Assembly (NCBI GenBank): GCA_965246885.1 | Contig: OZ251992.1 | Span: forward strand, 1,952,001 to 2,016,000 | DNA: 64,000 nt | DNA from: Abditibacterium sp. | GTDB taxonomy: Bacteria > Armatimonadota > Abditibacteriia > Abditibacteriales > Abditibacteriaceae | Reading direction: 5' to 3' | Part shown: piece after piece, positions 47,084-56,445 of the stretch | How positions within the stretch are numbered: position 1 is the first letter of the stretch | How the letters are laid out: each line of letters begins with the position of its first letter | The notes under the pieces: model-generated | Database searches by the model: none | Seen by the model: only the letters and a program-made list of their open reading frames with translations | Told to the model about the DNA's origin: nothing | Made by a program: the position numbers and the translations under genes

Positions 47084-48214
47084 ATGGCACGCAAACCTTT
47101 GGCATACACGACCAAGACGCAGGCGCTTTCGGCGCATTTGATAAAGATGGCACGGCAGGTGGGGCCGGGCGCCCGCCTGCCGACAATGGCGCAACTCGCC
47201 GAAGAAACCGGCACGAGCGTAATGACGCTCAACCGCGCGCTGTCGGAACTCGAAGCGCAGGGCTGGGTGGTGCGCCGCCAAGGTTCGGGCACCTACGTGA
47301 CAGAGCGCGCGGGCCAGAACGCCGTTGGGCTGGTCTACGACCGCGAGGGGTTTGGCGTGGGAGAATCGCCGTTCCGCTCGCTTCTGCTTCACGAGGCCCA
47401 GCGCCGCGCCGAAGAAGGCGGCGAAAAGTTTTCGCTCTTTTTGGCCGACCCGTCGCAAAACACGCCCGTCCATCCCGATTTGGCCGAAGCGATTAAAACG
47501 CGCCGCGTGTCGGGTTTGCTGTACGCCGCCAATTCGCGCTCCAAGTCCTTGGCGTGGCTGCTCAAGCAGAACCTGCCGTTGGTGGCGCTTGCGTACGCGC
47601 CGCTCGCACCCTACCGGGTGCGCTTCAACCACGCCCAAACGGCGGCGATGGGCACGCGCGAACTGATTCGCCAAGGCTGCAAACGCATCGCGCTGTGGAT
47701 GCCGGTGGGCGTCGGTCTTGGCCCCAACGAAGCCGACGGCACCTTTGAGGAACTCGACGCATACAAAGCGGCGCTCAAAGAGGGAGGTCTGAAATACGAC
47801 GAGAAACTGGTCTTTCGCTTGGCGGAAATGGGGCACGAACCCGCCGAAGAGGGGGCGCGCGTGCGCAATCGCGAGCAAGGCCAAGCCGCCGCGCGCGCGG
47901 TTTTCGAGGCACAGGACAAAGCCAATTGGCCCGATGGGGTGGTCTGCTTGGACGACGACATGACGCGCGGCGCGCTGGCGACGTGGCTACATTTAGGCGT
48001 GCGCGTGGGCAAAGAAGCGGAAGCGACGCTCAAGGTGGCCAGTCACACCAACAAAAACTCCGACCTGCTCTGGGGCTTCGAGAGCACTGTAACGCTCGTG
48101 GAGTTCGACCCCGCCGAAGTCGCGGGCGCAATGTTCTCCCTGCTTGAAACCCTGCTCCGCGACGAGGAACCGGCCTCGCCCGTCATTTCCGTCGCGCCGA
48201 GGTTGGTAAGTTGA
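47084..48214 (+). CDS. Transcriptional regulator with a GntR HTH and a LacI-like periplasmic-binding-fold sensor domain
   Basis: RLPTMAQLA...TLNRALSELEAQGWVVRRQGSGTYV, then QGCKRIAL and PDGVVCLDD. Confidence 0.88.
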   Translation: MARKPLAYTTKTQALSAHLIKMARQVGPGARLPTMAQLAEETGTSVMTLNRALSELEAQGWVVRRQGSGTYVTERAGQNAVGLVYDREGFGVGESPFRSLLLHEAQRRAEEGGEKFSLFLADPSQNTPVHPDLAEAIKTRRVSGLLYAANSRSKSLAWLLKQNLPLVALAYAPLAPYRVRFNHAQTAAMGTRELIRQGCKRIALWMPVGVGLGPNEADGTFEELDAYKAALKEGGLKYDEKLVFRLAEMGHEPAEEGARVRNREQGQAAARAVFEAQDKANWPDGVVCLDDDMTRGALATWLHLGVRVGKEAEATLKVASHTNKNSDLLWGFESTVTLVEFDPAEVAGAMFSLLETLLRDEEPASPVISVAPRLVS

Positions 48215-48215
48215 G

Positions 48216-48310
48216 TTCAGCATCCGTAGGGGCAACCCATGTGGTTGCCCTTGTAGCGACATCGAAAACGTAAGAGGGCAACCACATGGGTTGCCCCTAC
48301 GGATGCTGAA
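48216..48310. repeat. GTAG-type REP doublet (REPIN-like), 36-bp perfect arms
   Basis: 48216-48251 and 48275-48310 are exact reverse complements; each carries GTAGGGGCAACCCATGTGGTTGCCCT; lies between convergent genes. Confidence 0.9.
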
Positions 48311-48318
48311 TGGGAGAC

Positions 48319-48966
48319 TCACCCCACTTCCACTTCCACCCCTGCCGCGCAAAAGCCGCCGTTGGCGGTGATTTTTCCTTCGATTGTCCACAGTCCGGCA
48401 TGCGCGTCGGGCCACTGCGCCTCAAAGCGTAGGGCGCAACCGGAATCCAAGCGGAGCGCGCGCAGAAGGGGCGGGAAGCGGCGCCCGCTCGCCCAGCGCC
48501 AAAAAGGGGCGCTTTCGCCGGGGGCTTTGGCGCAAAAGTCGAAACTTTGGCCCGACCCGAAAGAAAGCGCGATGGGGTGGGAAGCGCAGTTCTCGATTTC
48601 AATGGCGAGTTCGAGGGCGCCGGGCGCGAAATGGGTTTGGGCGACTATCAAGCGGACATCCACGCACGCGGGCGAGGCCGCAACGACGGCGAGGGGGAGC
48701 GCGGGGTCTTCGGCCCGTTTGCTGGTTTGAGTAAGCGACGACAGCGCGAGCAAAACGAGCGAGGGGCCGCAGACGGCCTCGCTCAAAGGAAGGCCGGTGT
48801 CGCCCTCATCAAGGCGCCGCGCGCGAAAGGGGAGGGCGCGCGAGGGGGCGGGAGCATCGCCGCCGTGACGGGCGGGGCGCGCGAGCAAACGGGGCGCGCC
48901 GGGCGTGGGTTTGGCGGAGGGAAAGCCAAGCGCGCCGGGGGCGCGTAAAATGGTTCGGGGCGGCAT
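48319..48966 (-). CDS. Hypothetical protein with a C-terminal BsuPI (intracellular proteinase inhibitor)-like domain
   Basis: LSFGSGQSFDF...WRWASGRRF...FEAQW pattern; start uncertain. Confidence 0.6.
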   Translation of the reverse strand: MPPRTILRAPGALGFPSAKPTPGAPRLLARPARHGGDAPAPSRALPFRARRLDEGDTGLPLSEAVCGPSLVLLALSSLTQTSKRAEDPALPLAVVAASPACVDVRLIVAQTHFAPGALELAIEIENCASHPIALSFGSGQSFDFCAKAPGESAPFWRWASGRRFPPLLRALRLDSGCALRFEAQWPDAHAGLWTIEGKITANGGFCAAGVEVEVG

Positions 48967-48996
48967 TGAATACTTCGACCTTCCCGCCTTCACACC

Positions 48997-49554
48997 ATGT
49001 CAACTTCCAGCGCCTCCGGGCAGTCGCCCGAAACCATTCTGTCAGTCGAACAAGTCTTCAGCGGGAAAGTGGTTCGGCTGAGCGTATATTCCATTAAATT
49101 GCCATCTGGCAACATCGGCAAGCGCGAAGTCCTCCAACACGGCGGCGCCGTGTGCATCCTGCCCATCCTACCCGACGGTCGCATCGGCCTGATTCGCCAA
49201 TGGCGCACCGCCGCAGGCGAATGGCTCCTCGAACTCCCGGCAGGCGGCATCGAAGCGGGAGAAAACCCCGACGACTGCGCCAAACGTGAGTCCATCGAAG
49301 AAATCGGCATGAAGATAGGCCGCCTGTCGCCGCTCTTCCAGTGCTTCCTCGCGCCGGGCTATTCCAGCGAAATGATGTGGGGCTTTCTCGCCGAAGACCT
49401 CTCCGATGTCGGCGCCCAACCCGAAGAAGACGAGAACTTGGAGTTCGTGCCCGTCACGCTTGAAGAAGCATTGGAAATGTTGGACACGGGCCAAATCCGC
49501 GACGCGAAAACCATATGCGGCCTGCTGGCATACGCGCGGAAGGTGGGGAAATGA
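48997..49554 (+). CDS. NUDIX hydrolase (ADP-ribose pyrophosphatase-like)
   Basis: ELPAGGIEAGENPDDCAKRESIEEIG Nudix box; IRDAKT. Confidence 0.92.
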   Translation: MSTSSASGQSPETILSVEQVFSGKVVRLSVYSIKLPSGNIGKREVLQHGGAVCILPILPDGRIGLIRQWRTAAGEWLLELPAGGIEAGENPDDCAKRESIEEIGMKIGRLSPLFQCFLAPGYSSEMMWGFLAEDLSDVGAQPEEDENLEFVPVTLEEALEMLDTGQIRDAKTICGLLAYARKVGK

Positions 49555-50228
49555 ACCTCGAATTTTTCCCCGCTCCCGCGCCCAAGGGCGTCGGCGTTTT
49601 GGTCGTCCCCGGCGGCGGTTATGGCCATGTCGCCATAGACCACGAAGGCCACCAAGTCGCGCAGTGGCTGAACGAGCGCGGCTACGATGCGTGGGTGTTG
49701 ACCTATACCGTCGCGTCGGAAAGCACGCCCGCGCCGATTTTCCCGGCTCCGCAAAACGAGGCGCTTCAAGCCGTCGCCGACATTCGCGCGAGTGGGCGCG
49801 TCGAGAAGTTGGGCATCTTCGGCTTTTCGGCGGGCGGGCACCTGAGCGCCGTGACCGCGACGAACCCAGACGCTGACTTGGACTTCGCTGTTTTGGCTTA
49901 TCCGGTTATTGATATGGGCGCAGGTTGGACACATGAAGGTTCGCGGTTCAACTTGCTGGGCGACATCGGCGACCCCAAACAAACCGTCGGACACTCGGCG
50001 CATGAGCGGGTGAACGCGCTGACGCCGCCGACTTTTCTGTTCCATACCGCCAACGATGACGTGGTGCCCGTGCAGAACAGCTTGCTTTTCGCCGTGATGC
50101 TGGCGGAGAACGATGTGCCCTTTCAACTCCTTGTATTACCCGATGGCCCGCACGGAATCGGACTCGCGCTCGACAACCCGCGCCTCAACTGGACGGACGC
50201 TTTGGAGCAATGGCTGGGGGAGCGATAA
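49551..50228 (+). CDS. Alpha/beta hydrolase (esterase)
   Basis: PGGGY, GFSAGGH nucleophile elbow, DDVVP and GPHGIG. Confidence 0.9.
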   Translation: MNLEFFPAPAPKGVGVLVVPGGGYGHVAIDHEGHQVAQWLNERGYDAWVLTYTVASESTPAPIFPAPQNEALQAVADIRASGRVEKLGIFGFSAGGHLSAVTATNPDADLDFAVLAYPVIDMGAGWTHEGSRFNLLGDIGDPKQTVGHSAHERVNALTPPTFLFHTANDDVVPVQNSLLFAVMLAENDVPFQLLVLPDGPHGIGLALDNPRLNWTDALEQWLGER

Positions 50229-50292
50229 GGAACGGGGCCGGGGAAGGGCGCGGGCGCGCCGTTATACTTTTGCCAACCACCAAGGATTCCTC

Positions 50293-51687
50293 GTGCTTCA
50301 AACCAACGGCAACGGCCATTCTTCATCCACCAACACCGTCAACGGCGTTTCGCACGTTGACGACTTCGACATCGCTTCGATTCCCGAAATCAAAATCCCG
50401 CCGCGCGTCTTGATGGGCGCGGGGCCGTCCGCCTCCTACCCCGAAGCGTTGCGCGCGATGGGCGCCAATACGCTCGGCCACCTCGACCCGGAGTTTTTGA
50501 CCATCATGGGCAACGTTGGCACCATGCTCCGCCGCGTCTTCAAGACCAAGAACCCCATCACCGGCGCCGTTCCGGGAACGGGCACGGCGGGCATGGAAGC
50601 GGGACTTTGCAACCTCATCGAACCCGGCGACGAAGTGCTGTGCCTTGTGTTCGGCTACTTTTCCAACCGCATGAAGCAGATGTGCGAGCGCATGGGCGCC
50701 GTCGTCACCCTCTTGGAGCGGCCTTGGGGCACGGCGTTCACGACAGAGGAAGTCAAGGCCGCGCTGGACAAAATGAAAAACCCGCGCGTCGTGACGGTCG
50801 TTCAGGCCGAAACTTCGACGGGCATCTTGCAGCCCGTCGAAGAAATCATCCAACTCGCCCACGACCGCGGCGCGCTCGTCGTGGTGGATGCCGTGACTTC
50901 GCTCGCCGGGTGCCCGCTTTACACCGACGACTGGGACTGCGATGTCGTGTTTTCGGGCACCCAGAAGTGCATCGGAGCGCCTCCGGGTTTGTCGCCGATT
51001 ACCTTTAGTCCGCGCGCAATGGATCGCATCCGCGAGCGCAAAGTGCCCGTGCAAAGCTGGTATTTCGATATGTCCCTCGTCGAAACCTACTGGGGCGACA
51101 CGGGCGGCGGCGGGCGCGCTTACCACTACACGGCGCCCTCGAACGCGCTGTTCGGCCTCCACGAGGCGCTTCGCATGACCTTGATTGAGGGCGTCGAGAA
51201 TCGCTGGGCGCGCCACGAAATGCACTCGCGCGCCCTGATGGGCGGCTTGCAGGCGCTGGGATTGGAGCCGTTCGCGGAGGAGGGCTTTCGCTTGTGGCAG
51301 ATCAACAGCGTCAAAGTGCCGGAGGGCATGGATGACCAAGTGCTCCGCACGCGGCTACTACGCGAATACAACATCGAAATCGGCGCGGGACTTGGCCCCA
51401 TCAAAGGCCAAGTGTGGCGCGTCGGCGTCATGGGCTACTCTGCCAACCGCTCCAACGTCCTGCTCCTCCTCAGCGCGATGGAGGACATCTTGGGCAGCAT
51501 GAAGCACCCCTTCGAGAGTGGCGCCGCTACGGAAGCCGCGACGAGTGTGTATGCGCATTACGACGGGAAAAACGCCGCGCCGTCGCACGACCACATCACG
51601 CTCCAAACCGACGCCCTCGGCGCCCCGTTCATCGGCGAAGCCATCCCCGCCGAATCCGTCGCGCGCGGCGTCGCCCACCAGAATTAG
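50293..51687 (+). CDS. Alanine-glyoxylate/serine-pyruvate aminotransferase (class V)
   Basis: LMGAGPS, GTGTAGMEA, VQAETSTG, DAVTS and SGTQKCIGAPPG; GTG start chosen. Confidence 0.92.
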   Translation: MLQTNGNGHSSSTNTVNGVSHVDDFDIASIPEIKIPPRVLMGAGPSASYPEALRAMGANTLGHLDPEFLTIMGNVGTMLRRVFKTKNPITGAVPGTGTAGMEAGLCNLIEPGDEVLCLVFGYFSNRMKQMCERMGAVVTLLERPWGTAFTTEEVKAALDKMKNPRVVTVVQAETSTGILQPVEEIIQLAHDRGALVVVDAVTSLAGCPLYTDDWDCDVVFSGTQKCIGAPPGLSPITFSPRAMDRIRERKVPVQSWYFDMSLVETYWGDTGGGGRAYHYTAPSNALFGLHEALRMTLIEGVENRWARHEMHSRALMGGLQALGLEPFAEEGFRLWQINSVKVPEGMDDQVLRTRLLREYNIEIGAGLGPIKGQVWRVGVMGYSANRSNVLLLLSAMEDILGSMKHPFESGAATEAATSVYAHYDGKNAAPSHDHITLQTDALGAPFIGEAIPAESVARGVAHQN

Positions 51688-51705
51688 GCTTTACTTGCCC
51701 CGTCC

Positions 51706-51736
51706 AAGCGCCGCGAACGGGGTTCGCGGCGCTTTT
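51706..51736 (+). terminator. Intrinsic terminator
   Basis: AAGCGCCGCGAAC/GTTCGCGGCGCTT hairpin plus a T tract. Confidence 0.75.
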
Positions 51737-51744
51737 CGTGTTTT

Positions 51745-53028
51745 ATGAACTCTCCTCAACCTCAATCGAACGAACGAACATGGCGCGACGAGGCGATGAA
51801 CGAATCGCTGCGCGGCTTCAACTACTCCGAGAACGAGGAGGCGCTGCTTGTTGGCATCCGCCGCGCGCAGCCGCAACTTCACACAAATCTGTTCTGGGCC
51901 AATCGCGCGCGCATCCTCGACTTTCTCCGAGAGCGTTGCTTGCAAGTGACTTGGATGCTTGCGGGCGAGCATCATGCGTCTTGGGACGAAATCGTCTCGC
52001 CTTACATCGGCTGGTATGGTTTCATCTGGCAAGGACACCCCTTGGAAGTGGCGCTTGTTCCCGGTTCTTCTACAGGACAGGCTTTTTGCGTTGGTCAAGA
52101 CCCGGACGCTTTGAGAGCTTTCGCCCATGCTATCGACGTTTTCGGGGATTTCCCTAAAGGACGCGCGTTGCGTTATTCCGAGGGTTGGGACAGCGCATCA
52201 GATTTAGACGCTGAATTGGGCAGAATCAATTGGAGTGATCTCGTTCTCCCTCCGAAAATACTTTCCAGCCTGAGACAATCCGTCGAGACATTCGTTAGTT
52301 CCAAGGAAGTTTTCGCGTCTTTTGGCTTTCCTTGGAAGCGCGGGATTTTGCTCGTCGGGCCACCCGGAACCGGGAAAACGATGGTGTGCAAAGCTGCCGC
52401 AACTGCGCTGCCCGATTTGCCATTCCTTTACGTGCGCGACCTGCGCGAAGATGACCGCAAAGAATCCATCGAGATTATCTTCAAACGGGCGCGCCGCGTC
52501 GCACCGTGTATTTTAGTTTTTGAGGATTTGGACAGCCTCATCAACGACCACAACCGCACCGTCTTTCTCAACGAGATGGATGGCTTCGCGTCCAACGATG
52601 GGCTGCTCATCATCGCGTCGAGCAATCACCCGGGCAAGATAGATGAGGCGCTACTGAAGCGGCCCTCGCGCTTTGACCGCGTGTTTCACTTGGGCTTGCC
52701 GGAACTGGCCGAGCGCCGCGCGTTTTGCGAGAAGATACTGACGCGCGAGGCGCTCGCCGCCAAACTGTCGCCCGACTTCGATGTCGCGGGATTGTGCGAC
52801 CAAGTCGCCGCCAAGTCGGACGGCTTCACGCCCGCCTATCTCAAAGAAGCGTTCGTGTCGGCGGCCCTCTCGCGCGCCCAAGACGGCGCCACGACGCTCG
52901 ACGACCGCTTCGCCGCCGCCGTGATGGAGCAGTTGGGCGAACTCAAGGCGCACCTCAAGAAAGTCAAAAACCCCGACGCCTTAGCCGAGATGCGCTCAGG
53001 GGATGATGTGGTGGGCTTTCGGCGGTAG
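51745..53028 (+). CDS. AAA+ ATPase (paralog 1)
   Basis: GPPGTGKT, VFEDLD, FLNEMDG and second region of homology SSNHPGKIDEALLKRPSRFDR. Confidence 0.9.
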   Translation: MNSPQPQSNERTWRDEAMNESLRGFNYSENEEALLVGIRRAQPQLHTNLFWANRARILDFLRERCLQVTWMLAGEHHASWDEIVSPYIGWYGFIWQGHPLEVALVPGSSTGQAFCVGQDPDALRAFAHAIDVFGDFPKGRALRYSEGWDSASDLDAELGRINWSDLVLPPKILSSLRQSVETFVSSKEVFASFGFPWKRGILLVGPPGTGKTMVCKAAATALPDLPFLYVRDLREDDRKESIEIIFKRARRVAPCILVFEDLDSLINDHNRTVFLNEMDGFASNDGLLIIASSNHPGKIDEALLKRPSRFDRVFHLGLPELAERRAFCEKILTREALAAKLSPDFDVAGLCDQVAAKSDGFTPAYLKEAFVSAALSRAQDGATTLDDRFAAAVMEQLGELKAHLKKVKNPDALAEMRSGDDVVGFRR

Positions 53029-53137
53029 CGGCAAGCGACTGAAGTCGCAGCCAGCGGAATCATCGGCCTTCGCCGATGGGGTAGCACGTCAACAAAGGTT
53101 GACGTTTTCGCTGGCTGCGACTTCAGTCGCTTGCCGC
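53028..53137. repeat. REP-like branched palindrome, family A
   Basis: 29-bp outer arms (53028-53056/53109-53137) enclose CATCGGCCTTCGCCGATG and ACGTCAAC...GTTGACGT hairpins. Confidence 0.88.
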
Positions 53138-53149
53138 AAAATACAAATC

Positions 53150-54418
53150 ATGCTCTCTCAACAATCCACACAGCGCACTTGGCGCGACGAGGCGATGGAC
53201 GAATCGCTGCGCGGGTTCGGCTACGGCGAGAACCGCGAGGCGCTCTTGTATGCCATCCGCCAACTGCAACCCGGCCTGTGCACCCACGTGTTCTGGGCCG
53301 AAAAGGAGCGCGTTCTCGACTTCTTGGGGGCGCATTGCGAGGGCGCGCGGTCGCTCTTGTGCGGCACGCACTCGGCGACTTCCGATGAAAAGCCCGTCCC
53401 CGACATGGCGTGGATGGAGGTCGTGTGGGAAGGGCAAGCCGTCGAAGTCGTCTTTCCGGTTGGGCCGAGCGAGCGCACGACGCTGTGCTTGGGGCGCGAC
53501 CCGGCGTTTTTGGAGCGGTTCGCGCGCGCTGCCGAGGAGTTCGCCGACGCACCTTCGGGACGCTGCCTCATCTTCGACGGCTGCTGGGACGACGCGCCGG
53601 AGTTGGACGCCGAAATCGCGCGCGTGTCGTGGAACGATGTCGTCTTGCCTGAAGCCGTTTTGCGCGATTTGCGCGCGGCGGTCGAGGGCTTCTTCGCGCA
53701 CAAGGAAGTCGTGCGCCGTTTCGGGTTCGCGTGGAAGCGCGGCATCCTCATGGTTGGCCCGCCCGGAACCGGCAAAACGATGGTCTGCAAAGCCGTCGCG
53801 TCCGCCACGCCGCAGTTCCCCTTCCTGTATGTGCGCTCGTTTTCCGGCCACAACCCCATCCCCGTCGTCTTCGCCCGCGCCCGCCAATTGGCGCCGTGCA
53901 TCCTCGCGTTCGAGGACATAGACGGCTTGCTCGATGGCTCCAACCGCACCATGTTCCTCAACGAAATGGACGGCTTCGCCTCGAACGATGGGCTGCTCGT
54001 CATCGCCAGTTCCAACCACCCAGGCAAAATAGACGAAGCCCTGCTCAAGCGCCCGTCGCGCTTCGACCGCGTGTTTCATTTGGGATTGCCCGAAGCGCCC
54101 GAACGCCAGATGTTCTGCGAACGCTTGCTGGGCCGCTCCAGCTTGGCCGAACACATAGCGCCCGATTTGGACGTGCCCGCTCTGGCCGAAAAGGTCGCCG
54201 CCAAAACCGACGGCTTCACGCCCGCCTATCTCAAGGAAGCCTTCACCGCCGCCGCCCTCCACTGCGCTCAGGAGGGTTTCGAGTCGCTCGACGCCCGCTT
54301 CGCCGAAGCCGTCCTCTCGCAAGTGGACGAACTGCGCGCGCACCTGAAAAAGGTGAAAAACCCCGACGCCCTCGCCGAAATGCGAAGCGGCGACGACGCT
54401 ATCGGCTTCCGGCGGTGA
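53150..54418 (+). CDS. AAA+ ATPase (paralog 2)
   Basis: Same motifs as paralog 1; ATG at 53150 just after the palindrome. Confidence 0.9.
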   Translation: MLSQQSTQRTWRDEAMDESLRGFGYGENREALLYAIRQLQPGLCTHVFWAEKERVLDFLGAHCEGARSLLCGTHSATSDEKPVPDMAWMEVVWEGQAVEVVFPVGPSERTTLCLGRDPAFLERFARAAEEFADAPSGRCLIFDGCWDDAPELDAEIARVSWNDVVLPEAVLRDLRAAVEGFFAHKEVVRRFGFAWKRGILMVGPPGTGKTMVCKAVASATPQFPFLYVRSFSGHNPIPVVFARARQLAPCILAFEDIDGLLDGSNRTMFLNEMDGFASNDGLLVIASSNHPGKIDEALLKRPSRFDRVFHLGLPEAPERQMFCERLLGRSSLAEHIAPDLDVPALAEKVAAKTDGFTPAYLKEAFTAAALHCAQEGFESLDARFAEAVLSQVDELRAHLKKVKNPDALAEMRSGDDAIGFRR

Positions 54419-54419
54419 G

Positions 54420-54485
54420 GTTTGGAGTGCGCCCGTAAGGGCGTCCGCCTGTGGCGCTCACCGCCCTCACGGGCGCACTCCAAAC
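54420..54485. repeat. TGGAGTGCG...CGCACTCCA-type palindrome
   Basis: GTTTGGAGTGCGCCCGT(A)AGGGCG and CGCCCT(C)ACGGGCGCACTCCAAAC arms with one mismatch. Confidence 0.8.
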
Positions 54486-54519
54486 AACGGCCCCCGTTTA
54501 TGATAAACACTGCCCCGCA

Positions 54520-55497
54520 ATGAAACGTGTTCTTCTTTTGGCGGTGTGCGGCGGCGCTTTGCTCGCCGCGAGTGGTTGTGGCGGCGGCGGGGGTGGCCCA
54601 ACAGTTCCGGGCGCTCTCTCAGATGCGGTGGTCTTCGTCTCCACGCGCGACGGGCACGCGCAAATCTACAGCATGAACTCCGATGGCTCGAACCAAACGC
54701 GCCTTTCCAATACGGTGGCTACTTTCAACGATAACGCCCCGCAACTCTCGCGCGACGGCTCCACCATCGTCTTTTCGAGCGACCGCGACGGCAACTCGGA
54801 AATCTACAAAATGAACGCCGACGGCACGAACGTCGTGCGCCTCACCAACGACTCCGGCCCCAACGCCCCCGCCGATGTTGCGCCCGCCATTTCCCCTGAC
54901 GGCACCACCATCGCTTGGACAACGACGCGCGGCGGGGGAAGCTCTATTTACCTGATGAATAGCGACGGCACTAATCAACGCGCTGTGGCAAACACCGGCA
55001 CAGCGGGCGGCCCCCGCTTTTCTCCCGATGGCACGCGGCTGGTTTACACCAAGGTGTCTTCCACAAACGTATCGCCCACAAACTTTCAAACGGTGGACAT
55101 GGTGGTCGTGCGCACACTTTCGACGGGTAGCGAAAAAGTCGTCTCTTCCCACACCAACACCAGTAATCCGTCCGCCGGTAACGGTGGCAACATCGGCTTC
55201 TCGTTTGTCTCTCCGCGCTTCTCGCTCGATGGCAAGAACGTCATCTATAGCATCGCCACTCGCGGCGCGAACCCTCATCAGATCGTCGCAGCGGACGGCT
55301 CACAAGCCACTCCCACGCAATACGGGCCAGACGGAAGCCACCCCTTCGCCTTCTCGTCGCAGGGCAACCGAGTGGCGTTCGATTCGTTCGTTTCGAGCAT
55401 CGGCAACAACCAAATTTTCGTGGCCAACGCCGACTTCGCCAATCCGCGACAACTCACGACTCTGGGCAGTAACTCCCAACCCGCGACGGCGGAATGA
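54520..55497 (+). CDS. TolB-like PD40 beta-propeller lipoprotein
   Basis: Lipobox ASGC followed by a Gly linker; repeats FVSTRDG, IYSMNSDGSNQTRL and SPDG. Confidence 0.88.
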   Translation: MKRVLLLAVCGGALLAASGCGGGGGGPTVPGALSDAVVFVSTRDGHAQIYSMNSDGSNQTRLSNTVATFNDNAPQLSRDGSTIVFSSDRDGNSEIYKMNADGTNVVRLTNDSGPNAPADVAPAISPDGTTIAWTTTRGGGSSIYLMNSDGTNQRAVANTGTAGGPRFSPDGTRLVYTKVSSTNVSPTNFQTVDMVVVRTLSTGSEKVVSSHTNTSNPSAGNGGNIGFSFVSPRFSLDGKNVIYSIATRGANPHQIVAADGSQATPTQYGPDGSHPFAFSSQGNRVAFDSFVSSIGNNQIFVANADFANPRQLTTLGSNSQPATAE

Positions 55498-55560
55498 GGG
55501 TGCGGTGGCGGAACGGCGTTTGATTTGCGCCCCGGTGACGCGGCTCCAAGCCGCACCACC

Positions 55561-56427
55561 ATGAGCGACCTCAAAGAGCGTCCGAGTTCGGACGACATCA
55601 AAGGGCAGAAACTGCCGTTCCCCGCTTCCCAAGAGGATATGAAACAAGCGCCGCAAAGCGATTTCTCCGCTTATCGCGCCGCCAACAAACTGAAAGGCAA
55701 AGTCGCGCTGATTACGGGCGGCGATTCGGGCATTGGCCGGGCCGTTGCCCAAGCGTTCGCCCTCGAAGGCGCGCGCGTCGCCATTTTCTACAATGAACAC
55801 GACGACGATGCCGCGACGACGCGCACGTGGATCGAGGGGCACGGCGGACAATGCTTGACCATCAAGGGCGACGTGCGCGACTCGCAAACCTGCCGCGACG
55901 CCGTCGCCCAGACTGTCGCTCACTACGGCGCCCTCAATATCCTCGTCAACAACGCCGCCTTTCAAAAGGCGCAAGAAAAGTTCGAGGACATCACCGAAGA
56001 ACAACTGCGCCGCACCTTCGACACCAACATCCTCGGCTACTTCTTTATGGCTCAGGCCGCGCTTCCGCACCTTGGCAAGGGCGACGCCATCATCAACACC
56101 GGCTCCATCGTCGGCATCTCCGGCCTTACTATCTTGATTGACTACGCCTCGACCAAAGGCGCCATTCACGCTTTCACCAAAAGCCTCGCGGCGTCGCTGG
56201 GCGAGCGCGGCATCCGCGTGAACGCCGTCGTTCCCGGCCCGGTCTGGACGCCCGCCATCCCCTCGACCATGCCGCAAAGCGAGGTCGAACACTTCGGCCA
56301 CGAGGTCGCCCTCGCGCGCCCCGGACAGCCCGAAGAACTCGCGCCTGCTTACGTCTTACTCGCTTCGCAGGACGGCAGTTTTATGACGGGCGCTCTTGTC
56401 GAAGTGACCGGCGGACGCTCCGCGTAA
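55561..56427 (+). CDS. SDR oxidoreductase (YdaD/YghA general-stress type)
   Basis: TGGDSGIGRAVA, NNAAFQ, DYASTKGAI and RPGQPEELAP. Confidence 0.92.
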   Translation: MSDLKERPSSDDIKGQKLPFPASQEDMKQAPQSDFSAYRAANKLKGKVALITGGDSGIGRAVAQAFALEGARVAIFYNEHDDDAATTRTWIEGHGGQCLTIKGDVRDSQTCRDAVAQTVAHYGALNILVNNAAFQKAQEKFEDITEEQLRRTFDTNILGYFFMAQAALPHLGKGDAIINTGSIVGISGLTILIDYASTKGAIHAFTKSLAASLGERGIRVNAVVPGPVWTPAIPSTMPQSEVEHFGHEVALARPGQPEELAPAYVLLASQDGSFMTGALVEVTGGRSA

Positions 56428-56445
56428 GCGGGAAATCAGGGCGAA

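Noticed and set aside
47086..47104. TGGCAC as a sigma54 -24 element
   Set aside because: Lies inside the first codons of the regulator gene and lacks a correctly spaced TTGC.
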